A stretch of 64,000 nt of DNA from contig JALMLS010000369.1 of the NCBI GenBank assembly GCA_038496445.1, positions 62,001-126,000 on the forward strand, read 5' to 3'. Both the position numbers and the translations under genes were made by a program. How positions within the stretch are numbered: position 1 is the first letter of the stretch; the number at the start of each line of letters is the position of its first letter. Below are positions 52,776-63,056 of this stretch, one piece after another. Origin of the DNA: Trichosphaerium sp. ATCC 40318. Taxonomy: Eukaryota; Protista; Tubulinea. Below the pieces are notes generated by a model. The model saw only the letters and a program-made list of their open reading frames with translations, was not told the origin of the DNA and did no database searches.

Positions 52776-55700
52776 ATGGCAGAAATAGAGACTGTTGGGG
52801 CGACCCAAAAAAAAAAAAAGGGCAAAAAAGCCAAGAACACCGATGTTTCTGACTTTGAAATGGTACATACACTACCCAGAAGCAAATTATACTTTGCTTG
52901 TTTCTTCCGCTTGGAAAACTTGCTATTCATACTCAAATCTTACAATATTGTAGCACTGGCATAGACAATCGGCAGAAGAGTGCGCAGAAGAGCTAAACAC
53001 CGATCTCGAGAGGGTTCGTCTAAACACGCTTATTTTGTCTTAAAAACTCTTCACAATTGAGCCACGCACTAACAAAGCTAGGGTCTAAGTGCACAAGCGC
53101 GTGCGCACGCTCTCACTGTCTACGGCAAAAATGCCCTCACTCCACCAAAGGGAACGCCTGAAATCATCAAATTTATTAAAGAGATGACAGGTTTCTTTTC
53201 TCTCCTTTTGTGGGCTGGTTCTATTTTGTCCTTTGTCGGTTTTATTATCGATGAGACCAAGGATCAATCTAATGTACGTCACTGCACGACACAACTCGTA
53301 CTTTTAAAAATACCTCACAACAAAAACCCGCTCTACGCGCGTAAAAACCAAACGACAAATAAGAAAAACTATGCAACTCCGACTTTTAACCTATTAATGT
53401 CTACTGGGGATTAATTGGTTTCCTAGTTATATATTGGTGTTGTGTTGGCTTTTGTAGTCTTGGCTACGGGCACATTTTCCTATTTTCAAAATCGTAACTC
53501 TAGTAAAGTTATGGACAGTTTCAACAATTACTTACCTCAGCATGCTACTGCACTTATTGACGGAAAACCCGTTTCAGTTGAAGTAGAGACACTTGTGCCT
53601 GGTGATATAGTACAGATCAGAGGGGGTGATAAAATCCCCGCTGATGTCCGTATGGTTGCTGTTAACACTTTCAAAGTGCGTGCTTTGGTTGTTTTTTTTA
53701 GGTTGTTTTGTGTTCTTATTTTTTCGCTATTAGGTCGATAACTCTTCTTTGACTGGTGAACCAGAGCCTCAAGCCCGTAACACTGATGATTCTGATGAAA
53801 AGAACCCTTACGAGGCTCTTAACATTGCTTTCTACGGTACTATCGCTACTACAGGCACTTGCACTGGTATTGTTGGTAAGTAACACAACTTTTTTCATAA
53901 ACTACAAGTTTCTGAGTACTCATCACAACGCATAGTCTTGACTGGTGATAACACTGGACTTGGCGCTATTGCTAACCTCGCTGGTAAAACTGACGAGACC
54001 GATACGCCTATTCATCAAGAAATCGAATTGTTCGTATGGATCATCTCTGGTGTCGCTATCTTCCTTGGTGTTACCTTCTTTATTGTCGGTATCGTCATTG
54101 AACCTAATATCATCACCAACGTCGTTTTTGCTATTGGTATTATTGTCGCCAATGTACCAGAAGGTCTACTCGCCACTGTAACCGTATCATTGGCTTTGAC
54201 TGCTGTCCGTATGGCCAAGAAGCACGTTCTTGTAAAACAACTTGAATCTGTAGAAACCCTTGGTTCCACGACAACAATTTGCTCCGATAAGACCGGTACA
54301 CTCACCCAGAATCGTATGACTGTATCTCATGTATGGTACGACGGAAAAATCTGGTCCACAAAGACCTCCGTTTCCGATGCCGATTTTGATAAGAGCGACG
54401 AATCTTTCCAAGCACTTCAACGTATTGGTACTTTGTGTAACATTGCTACCTTCAACGAGCAAGATCTCCTCGATGGAAGACCTCTTCAAGATTGCGAAAC
54501 CATTGGTGACGCTTCAGAGTCCGCTATGATCAAATTTTGTCATCCTATCCGTGATATCAACGACTACAGAGCTAAATGCGAAAAAGTATTCGATATTCCA
54601 TTCAACAGCAAGAACAAATGGCAACTTCACGTTCACAAACAAGAAGGCAAAGGTAAAAACTTGGTAATCCTTCTCAAAGGTGCTCCAGAAAAAGTTATGG
54701 GCATGTGTGATAAAATCATGATTGACGGAAAGGTACGAAAAGTCTTTTTTACTTTTTTTGAGTTGGTTTCTTGTCTGTTCTTCTCTTCCTCTTCTTACGT
54801 TTCGTTTAGATTGTTCCTTTGGACAACAAATGGCAAAAGAAATTTAAAAAGGCATACGACAAACTTGGTGGTATGGGTGAACGTGTCCTCGGATTCTGTC
54901 AGCTCGAACTCGATGCTAAGTATGATGAAGATTTTGAATTTGCTCAAGATGATAAGGGTAAAACAACCTTCCCTATGGACGGACTTGTTTTCGTTGGTTT
55001 GATGGCTCTTATTGATCCTCCTCGCCCAGCTGTACCAATGGCTGTTGGCAAATGTAAGGATGCTGGTATTAAGGTTATCATGGTAACTGGTGATCACCCA
55101 ATTACTGCTAAGGCTATTGCAAGAAAAGGTAACTCGATAAAAAAACTTGCGGAGGAAATTTCTTGTTGTTTCACTTTTGGATCGTGTTCTGACCTTTTGT
55201 TTTATAGTTGGTATCATTACTGGTGATACTATCCAAGATATTGCCTCTAGAGAAGGAATTCCAGAGGAAGAAGTAGATCCTCGACGTGCTGAAGCTATTG
55301 TTATGCACGGTAGTGAGATTTCAGAGATTGAGACTGAAGAAGAATGGGACGAGATTTTGGATCACCCTCAAATCGTATTCGCTCGTACTTCCCCACAGCA
55401 AAAGCTTATCATTGTCGCAAACAACCAAAGACGTGGTGAGATCGTTGCCGTAACAGGTGATGGTGTCAATGACTCCCCTGCTTTGCAGGCCGCTGATATT
55501 GGTGTCGCTATGGGTATTGCTGGATCTGATATTTCAAAGGAAGTCGCCAACATGATCTTGTTGGATGATAACTTTGCTTCCATTGTACGTCGTCAATATT
55601 GCCTCTGTTTTCATTTGCTTTTTCTCCCTCTATTCTATGTGTATGCTGACGTGCTATTGTAGGTTAACGGTGTAGAAGAAGGTCGTTTGATTTTCGATAA

Positions 55701-56634
55701 CTTGAAAAAGTCAATCGCTTACACCCTCACTTCTAACATTCCAGAAATCACACCTTTCTTGACTTTTATTACTGTTCAACTTCCACTACCACTTTCTACT
55801 GTATTGATCCTATGTATTGATCTTGGTACTGATGTTATTCCTGCTATCAGTCTTGCTTATGAAGCTGCCGAATCTGATATCATGCGTCGCCCACCACGTA
55901 ATAGGTAAGAAGCAGCAGAAACCTACGTTGTTTTTTGTTGACTTTTTTTATCTAGTTCTGTTGATCACTTGGTTACAGCAAAACTTATCGGTTTTGCTTA
56001 CGGACAAATTGGTATTATCCAAGCTCTTGCTGGATTCTACGCTTACATTGTTGTAATGGGTGACTATGGTTACCCTCCAAGTTCCTTGCCTGGTCAAGGT
56101 ATCATCTGGAAAGATCCTGGAATTATGGTTGCTGGTTCTCCTGCTTTTGCAAGAGAAGAAGCGCTTGCTACAGCTCAAACAGCTTACTTCGTATCCATTG
56201 TAGTAGTACAATGGGCTGATCTTCTTGTTTGTAAGACACGTAAGCTCTCCATCATTCAACAAGGAGTCTGGTAGTACGTAGACACTTTTATCTTTTGTTT
56301 TCGCTTGGGCGAGCGCCTGCGACCTCTCTTCTTTCTTGTGTCTAAGTTTTGTTTTTAGTAACAAGCGTTTGCTGTTTGGACTCTTCTTTGAGACCGCTTT
56401 GGCTTGTCTTTTGATCTACGTTCCATTCTTGAACCCAGTGTTTGGAACAAGGCCACTTGTCTTTTTGCATTGGCTTCCTGCTATTCCATTCTCAATCCTC
56501 ATCTTTGTTTATGATGAGATCCGTAAATTCCTCCTCAGAAGATACCCAGGAAGTACGTGATTTTTGTTTTTGTTGGGTTGATGCTTACGTTTTTTTTTTC
56601 TTCAGGATTTATTGAGAACCATACTTATTATTAG
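52776..56634 (+). CDS. P-type ATPase type IIC (Na+/K+-ATPase alpha-like)
   Basis: [91 protein letters not shown] and C-terminal HTYY. Confidence 0.95.
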
Positions 56635-57215
56635 ACTTAATGTGGTCTATATTGTATTGAAAATGTTTACAAAAAGCCCTTGTGACACTGTTAAGGTGTC
56701 ATTTATAAATAAACATGACTTCAGTACAGTTGTTTGCGTTATTTTAGTATGCGAAGTGGTTCGTTTCTCATTGCACAATTTGCTGCAATCTTTACGATAC
56801 CTGTATATGCAAGCGGCTTGATAATAAGCATTGTGATGCCGCGTGGCGCATTACGTCTTTAGCGTGAGAACGGTAGAGTATTGAGAATCGTTGTAGTAGC
56901 GAATTTCTCAGGATAGTTGTGTCAAGGAAGCCCTTAGTATAGTTGACACCCGTACAAACGTGTTTGACACGGATATAGGATCCAGAAAAACAGGTGAGGC
57001 GAGCCATAAAATATTTGAAAAAAAGTTGACAAGACAAATAATATAAATCACGTGAAAGTTGACTTCCAAGAAAAAACTGTTTGATTTCTTATTTTCCTCG
57101 TAGGCCTATCAAACTACAATGTAGAGGTCTAGACGCAATATTGTTTTTTGATTGAATTGTGAAGAAATCACATGTTTTGACTTACGCATTCCTCTGTATC
57201 TACGAGGCTCTTTAG

Positions 57216-58235
57216 ATGACGCAACAAAGCCCGGCTAGTAAGAAAGTACTACTAGCACCTTCTGGATGGTCATGTACAACTAATGGCGAACCACCTCAAA
57301 TAACAGAGCCGGTACCTGATGGGATGTGTATTGAGCTGTATTCGTTCATTAAGGGCGCGTACTTTTTCGAAACTATCGAAAGCGACACAAGAGATTTAGC
57401 ACTCAACGAAAGGCTCCTTTCAGATATTCTCCATAGGCTCCCTTCAGCTGTAGATTGTAATACAACACTGGAATTACTGAGGGCTCTCAGCAATTTCTTG
57501 TGGGCGAACAATATCGTTTTGCGCACTGCTTCAGAGTCTTTGATAAAAGGTGCTTTGCACCAGTACGACTCTCATTACTATGAGTATTGGTCAGCCAAAA
57601 CGCTTGAAAAGTTTTCAATGATTGAAGGTATTGCTCAAAGCGTCTATATACCGTACATAGACTACGACAGCGAACTCGACAGTGACCAAAACTCAGATTT
57701 TGGGTACCAAAGAATCACGTGTAGCAACAAGCTCATAACTTGTAGGCAATATGCGTTTTATGGTATTCCAACAGAGATTATATGGCATATTCTGGAGTAT
57801 TGTACAACATCAATACATGTGCGACAAGTGTCATTTTCTTGTCGTAAAATCCATACATCACTTGTACGCAACAAGTTTCCTCCTATCATTGCGATTTACA
57901 TACCAGAAGCTGCACAGAAACAGCTATTCTTTCTGCAAACTTCAACAATATGGACTCTTGCTCTTTGCAAACAAGCTCAACTCACTCCTAGAGGAGCAGT
58001 ATTTCTCTCTAGTAGGATCTTGCATTGTTTTGATACCCCTTGCGTGTCCAAGTGCGATGTTGATGATTTCTTCAAGAAATTGTTTGCAACGCACAGTTTT
58101 TTCTATTCCACAGATCAAATAAGGGCTCAGTTGTTTGTTTACGATCCAGCGTACGCATCCTACTTTTATAAGAAATGCAAGCACTTCAAAAGGAAGAAAG
58201 CGGTAGACTTAGGTATATGTATTGCGCCTTGTTAA
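57216..58235 (+). CDS. Intronless 339-aa protein with a central F-box-like motif
   Basis: Long uninterrupted ORF. FYGIPTEIIWHILEYC..VRQVSFSCRKIH fits the F-box consensus; the flanks are unassigned. Confidence 0.55.
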   Translation: MTQQSPASKKVLLAPSGWSCTTNGEPPQITEPVPDGMCIELYSFIKGAYFFETIESDTRDLALNERLLSDILHRLPSAVDCNTTLELLRALSNFLWANNIVLRTASESLIKGALHQYDSHYYEYWSAKTLEKFSMIEGIAQSVYIPYIDYDSELDSDQNSDFGYQRITCSNKLITCRQYAFYGIPTEIIWHILEYCTTSIHVRQVSFSCRKIHTSLVRNKFPPIIAIYIPEAAQKQLFFLQTSTIWTLALCKQAQLTPRGAVFLSSRILHCFDTPCVSKCDVDDFFKKLFATHSFFYSTDQIRAQLFVYDPAYASYFYKKCKHFKRKKAVDLGICIAPC

Positions 58236-58730
58236 ATAAACATCATATTCTGTGTAAGCGTCTTTAATTGTTTTGGTCTCTTTGAAAAAAAAATTCTTCA
58301 GAGCATAGTATGAAATACAATCAACTAGGGCCGCAGTATTTGCTTTACGTTTTGTTAGAAATGCACTCAAGTGAGCTGCATCTATTTAAGTAACATGTAG
58401 ACACAGGCCAAAAGGGGTATTCATCAGTGTACATGTAGTCGTTTTGCTAATGTCAATGCAACTGATCTTCTAAAAAACCTTATGAAAATGTAAGTTGTTT
58501 GAATACAGCTGTCTTTAGTTTCCTTTTATTAACGCTTCAAGTAACTTAAGCGTTCGTGCAGGTGTGGTTTTATTATTGGTGGAAAACAAGTGCTTGTGTT
58601 GATTATTTAATCAACACCAAACATAGAATTATTTTATTAAAATATTCGCATTTTTCACAGGAACGTGATTTAGTTGCGTGAATACTGTTAGCCTGGTGTT
58701 GTTGAAGCGTATACAATAGATTAACGAAAA

Positions 58731-58841
58731 GTGGCAAAACCTTCGCTAACGTGAGGGTCAGCCCACGGCCGCAAGCACTCAAGGCACCTCGGAACACATA
58801 AGAAACGAACGATTAAGCTTGAATCATCACGATATCCTGGG
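58731..58841 (-). ncRNA. Putative structured small RNA gene, copy 1 of 4
   Basis: ~110-nt GC-richer repeat, foldable into stems, with an AAACCAC element 61 nt upstream (plus-strand gtggttt at 58902). Confidence 0.6.
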
Positions 58842-58899
58842 ATGATCGATAAAAGAATACGTCAAATATAAAAAGCCTCTTCTTCTCAAGTAAATAAAA

Positions 58900-58908
58900 T
58901 TGTGGTTT
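58900..58908 (-). promoter_or_regulatory. AAACCAC(AA) upstream element of the small-RNA family (also at ~60774, ~61100, ~61540)
   Basis: Fixed 59-61 nt spacing in all four copies although the intervening sequence differs in copies 2 and 4. Resembles the Dictyostelium DUSE (WCCCAYAA at about -60). Confidence 0.55.
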
Positions 58909-59213
58909 TAAGCATTGGTTACTGAACTTTGTTGTCTCTTTGTATAACAAGTGCTTATATTTAGATATTTCACCAAGCGGTAGACGGTAGCAATTTTTTT
59001 TTGTTGGTTTGTTGATTGATTAATTGAAACGAATGGTGCTGTAGTATTATACTGTACTGGTTTATTGAAATAAAGTAGTATTAAGTGACTAATTTCGGGA
59101 GGAATTGAAGCCTGCGACGAGTGAAGTAGAATAAAAACTGAATACGACATTGCTACAGCGAAGAAAATGTACATTAGTATAGTTGGTGGCTTATCAACCG
59201 GCTTGCGGGCCTC

Positions 59214-60323
59214 TTACTTGAAAGGTGAATGAATACTATTTTGTTGTACCATAGTTACGCCCAATGATCGAATACAGTCCTTTGTAATTTGACTACTTTC
59301 AGTGATTTCAATGTTTTTAAGAGACGTCAAGTGTTTCAAACAATCATTTGTAATGTTCTTACAATGCCAAAGAATGAGGTACTCTAGCTTGCCTAAATTC
59401 TTCAATCCTTCGTCTGTTATACTATCACACTTCCAAAGAAATAGCCGCTTAAGATTAACCAAGTTCTTGATTCCTTCATCTGTTATATTCTGACATTGGT
59501 AAAGAACAAGAGTTTCAAGATTAGTCAAGTACTTCAATCCATATTCTTTTATATTGTTCCGAACGCTTTCGTGTATAGTCAGGTATTTAAGGTTTACTAA
59601 ATGCCTCAGTCCTGATCCGTTAATACTATCTGACGCAATGTAGAGTCGAACTAGATTTACTAAATGTCTAAGTCCGTTGTCTGTTATCTTGTTTCTACTG
59701 CCTAGACTTAAGTGTTTGACATTTGTAAGTGACTTAAGTCCTTCGTCTGTAATGAAAGTTCCTCTATGTATAGTAATGGTATGTACGTTTCCAAGGTGTT
59801 TGAGCCATGTGTCACGTGGCTTGTAGAGCGTAATTTCGTATACATCTTTGAGTGCTTTGATGCCTTCATCGCTGATATTTTTACAATGACTAATGTCAAT
59901 TGTGTGTACTCCTCTTAGAGACCTCAAAGAAACATCCGTTATGCCCGTTCGTGCCAAGTCGATTGTATGGATACTACGTTTTCCATTTGTTAGTAAAGAA
60001 ACACCCTGATCTGTAGTGTTCGAACAACACAGACGGATCGTGTGAACGCCCGATAGACAAGCCAAGTCTCTTGCTGATACTTGAAGCCTAAAGGAAGCAA
60101 TTCTAGTGTTGTTAAGCAACGGACTGCCTTTTAACACGTGACAATCTGATGACGCTTTCAAAGTGATCTTATCAAAACCAATATTATAGCGAATGATGTC
60201 ATTGAAAAGGTGAGATACTGTGGAGGTTGTAATCCGCTGTTTTCTATTCAAAAAACGCAAAGTAAATGTTAGCATCTCTGGTGGAAGATGTCCAATATTG
60301 ACTCGCTCAATCCATTGTTCCAT
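59214..60323 (-). CDS. Intronless F-box/LRR protein
   Basis: IGHLPPEMLTFTLRFL..VSHLF F-box; LRRs of type LxxLxLxxCxxITDEGLKNL. The linker YNIGF..I.LK..L.GSPLL.NT is shared with the 28098-29054 protein. Confidence 0.88.
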   Translation of the reverse strand: MEQWIERVNIGHLPPEMLTFTLRFLNRKQRITTSTVSHLFNDIIRYNIGFDKITLKASSDCHVLKGSPLLNNTRIASFRLQVSARDLACLSGVHTIRLCCSNTTDQGVSLLTNGKRSIHTIDLARTGITDVSLRSLRGVHTIDISHCKNISDEGIKALKDVYEITLYKPRDTWLKHLGNVHTITIHRGTFITDEGLKSLTNVKHLSLGSRNKITDNGLRHLVNLVRLYIASDSINGSGLRHLVNLKYLTIHESVRNNIKEYGLKYLTNLETLVLYQCQNITDEGIKNLVNLKRLFLWKCDSITDEGLKNLGKLEYLILWHCKNITNDCLKHLTSLKNIEITESSQITKDCIRSLGVTMVQQNSIHSPFK

Positions 60324-60603
60324 GGGCTTAGAGTAGTGCTGTGTGTGTATTTAAGAAGGATTATCTGCAAAAGCAATTCCACGTGGAAAAAAAATGCCAA
60401 ACTTAGAAAAGAGCGTTAAATTGATGTACTCTGATGGTACTAAAAGTTTCCTCATGACTCCCTCTACCAGGGTTTATACCCTGGTAAAAGTACACAAGAA
60501 TTACTGTCTAAATTCTGAGGTCACAAAAAGGACAGAGTAGTACTTTCATTGCGCTAGTACAATAGTTTTTGCCACAGCCCAATTTTCCAGGGTAAATATT
60601 GTA

Positions 60604-60715
60604 GTGGCAAAATCCTTCGCTAACGTGAGGGTCAGCCCACTGCCGCAAGCATTCAAGCACCACGGAACACGCGAGAAACGACCGGTAAAGAATGAATTCT
60701 ATGCGATATCCTGGG
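60604..60715 (-). ncRNA. Putative structured small RNA gene, copy 2 of 4
   Basis: Diverged copy with pairing preserved; upstream element 59 nt away (gtggttt at 60774). Confidence 0.6.
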
Positions 60716-60927
60716 GTAGTTAGTGCATGCAACACTTCTCTTTTCAAAGGCTGGAAACGAAATAAAAAAAAAAGTGGTTTTATCAGTTTTGTAGTACATT
60801 GCCAGCTCCACAACAAAAAACACACTCTTCAGTTGGTAGAAAGAAATATTAAACTCTTTGTTTGATGGTTTTGATTGATTAGCGTGTCGTATTAGAATTC
60901 CAACAATTTGGTTCTGTCTCATTTTGA

Positions 60928-61039
60928 GTGGCAAAATCCTTCGCTAACGTGAGGGTCAGCCCACTGCCGCAAGCACTCAAGGCACCTCGGAACACATAAG
61001 AAACGAACGATTAAGCTTGAATCATCACGATATCCTGGG
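60928..61039 (-). ncRNA. Putative structured small RNA gene, copy 3 of 4
   Basis: Nearly identical to copy 1; upstream element 61 nt away (gtggttt at 61100). Confidence 0.6.
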
Positions 61040-61367
61040 ATGATCGATAAAAGAATACCTCAAATCTATAAAGACTACAAAACAAAAGTAAATAAAATTG
61101 TGGTTTGCACAAACATACAGATACCCAAAAATTTAAACAAGCAAAACCTTTTTCTTTTTGATTGGTTTGTGATTGATTAATTGAAAATGAATGGGCTAAC
61201 GTTATGAAGTGCGTTGTTTAGTACAAAATTAATGTTGAGGTCACTAGATTTAGGAGAAGGCGGTATGATTTGATACCGTTGGAGTAAAATAAATTGTGTT
61301 TTTTTCTTGCCTGTTTAAGAGAGAAAGGTAAATCTTTGTTCTACAGTTAAAATTCCGTGCGTACACA

Positions 61368-61480
61368 GTCGCAAAACCTTCACTAACGCGGGGACCAACC
61401 ACACTGCAGCAAGCACTCAAGGCACCACGGAACACACAAGAAGCAACCGGTTAAGAATGAATTCTTTACGATATCCTGGG
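61368..61480 (-). ncRNA. Putative structured small RNA gene, copy 4 of 4
   Basis: Most diverged copy, with substitutions giving G-U pairs on the minus strand; upstream element 60 nt away (gtggttt at 61540). Confidence 0.55.
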
Positions 61481-61874
61481 TAACAGCAACACAGGAACTT
61501 TCAAGTTAAATGTATGTCACATCGAAAATAATAAATATTGTGGTTTCACCGCGAAGAGTACTCATGGTTCTACACAAACAACGGCAATCGTATAACAGCT
61601 CTCAGATCTGTGTATGGGAGATCGAAGGAGTATTTTTTTTGATTGAAACGGAAATAATTGATTCTCCAATGTTGTTAATTTTCAACACCTGCTTCATGAG
61701 GTATGGCACTGTACCTTTGGTACGGGAAAAAAATCGTTCATTGTTACCCTAACACCAGGTTTAAGCCTTATCCTAACATAACCCTAATTATCAGAAATGG
61801 GAACTTTTTAATAAACGAAAAAGTAAAATCAACGACCAATGGTTCTATTTAGTGTACAACGCTCTCTTTTTATT

Positions 61875-63056
61875 TTACATTAATACACAACGCTTAGCGT
61901 CTGTATTATCAACAGACATACCAAGACCAGCTTCAACTAACTACAGCAAGGTCATCAACAAAAAGAAAGCTTGGTGAGATGGAAGAAAAACTACACAAGC
62001 TAGAAAAGAAAAAAAGAAGATTACGCACACTATCAAATAGCTCTTTCAGGTTTTTTTGTGTTAAAGCGGAACACTCAACGTATTTAGCCATACCAAGTGC
62101 TTTGGCTTTGTCTTGTGCTTCCTTGATTGCTATAATTTCTGTTATTGTCTTAATGATTCAACAAAATCTTAAAGACACATTGAGTACGTACAAACAGTCC
62201 TCTCTGCAGCTAAATCTGAATAACAATGGTGAGTATTTATAGGTAAAACTCAGGTAAAGGTTATTTATATTACCTTCTTTGAATCCTGCTAGAACTAATG
62301 CAGCTTCAGGAGCACCTTTTTTAGCTACATCAACCCACTAAGGTTTATTAATATTATGTTGTTTCAGTTTTAATAAATTCAGGAATCCATACAACACCAA
62401 CATCATTGAAACTCTCCTCGTCTGTGATTGAAAAACAAACAGCAAATACATTTGTTTGTGGGAATGATAGCGCAGTAAGCTGAAGAAAAAGTGAGTTCAA
62501 AACGATCAACTTTTTTGTTCGGATTTCTTGTCTGTCTTTAGTTGCTTTTTATTTAGCCTCCGAGATTCCATTTACGCTCGTTTGCTGGAACGTATAACGT
62601 GGCGATTTAAAAACACTTTTTCGTGATTTCGAAAATCAGAATCACGTGCACTCGAAAAAAGTAAACCGTACACGCAACATTTGTTCGTCTTTGCTTCCGA
62701 ACGTATCTACGATTGTCAGCGGTTTACAGAGAAGGAGAAAACAAAAATGGTTTTTTATTTTACCCCACAAGCCTAAATTAACAGGATGGCCATTAGACAT
62801 AATGTTAACGCTGTAATTATCACTGATAAAGGCGTTAATGAAGTGTTACGCCGTTTAGACTGTAGTACATTGTTTTTGGAACGTATGATGGAAAAGCTTC
62901 TGTCGAATAGCTAATTATACAACCTTAAGGTGTTTTAGGATAGTTTTGTACGTTTCTAATTCTTACATGTTTTGCCAACCTTGTTTGCGCCCACGAATAC
63001 ACTATCACAGTTAACATATGCGTAAATAATGCTACTAACCATTTAATAGACTTCAT
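61875..63056 (-). CDS. Atypical Rho/Rac-family small GTPase (many small exons; absent from the ORF track)
   Basis: MKSIKC|VFVGANKVGKT|CCIISYSTEAFPSYVPKT|SDNYSVNIMSNGHPVNLGLW|DTFGSKDEQML..LSFPQTNVFAVCFSI..KYVECSALTQKNLKELFD..CVLM* (CAAX box). Confidence 0.85.

Noticed and set aside
58831-58841. Plus-strand ATATCCT as a U12-type 5' splice site, or the RNA 5' end as its U11-like complement
   Set aside because: No flanking exons, and the rest of the unit does not resemble U11 or U6atac. A 7-nt match is insufficient.
60508-61435. Short ORFs overlapping the repeat units (MFRGALSAC...; also 58603-58797)
   Set aside because: Reading frames and start codons are not conserved among copies, and indels between copies break the frame.
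58731-61480. Repeat units as U5 snRNA (copy 2 contains AUCGCAUA and UUCCGUGG; AUUUUG resembles an Sm site)
   Set aside because: The invariant U5 loop GCCUUUUAC is absent and that region varies between copies. The U-run lies within the terminal stem and lacks the A in copies 1 and 4.
58731-61480. Repeat units as C/D snoRNA, TPP riboswitch, or HDV/hammerhead/twister ribozyme
   Set aside because: GUGAUGA is present only in copies 1 and 3. The TPP CUGAGA and ACCUGAU motifs are missing. Ribozyme core elements are absent or out of order.
58731-61480. Repeat units as a CRISPR array, 5S rRNA or tRNA
   Set aside because: Units are ~110 nt with irregular spacing in a eukaryotic context and no cas genes. 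No 5S motifs or cloverleaf could be found.
61745-61790. Telomere-like CCCTAA words
   Set aside because: Only two or three degenerate, non-contiguous units.
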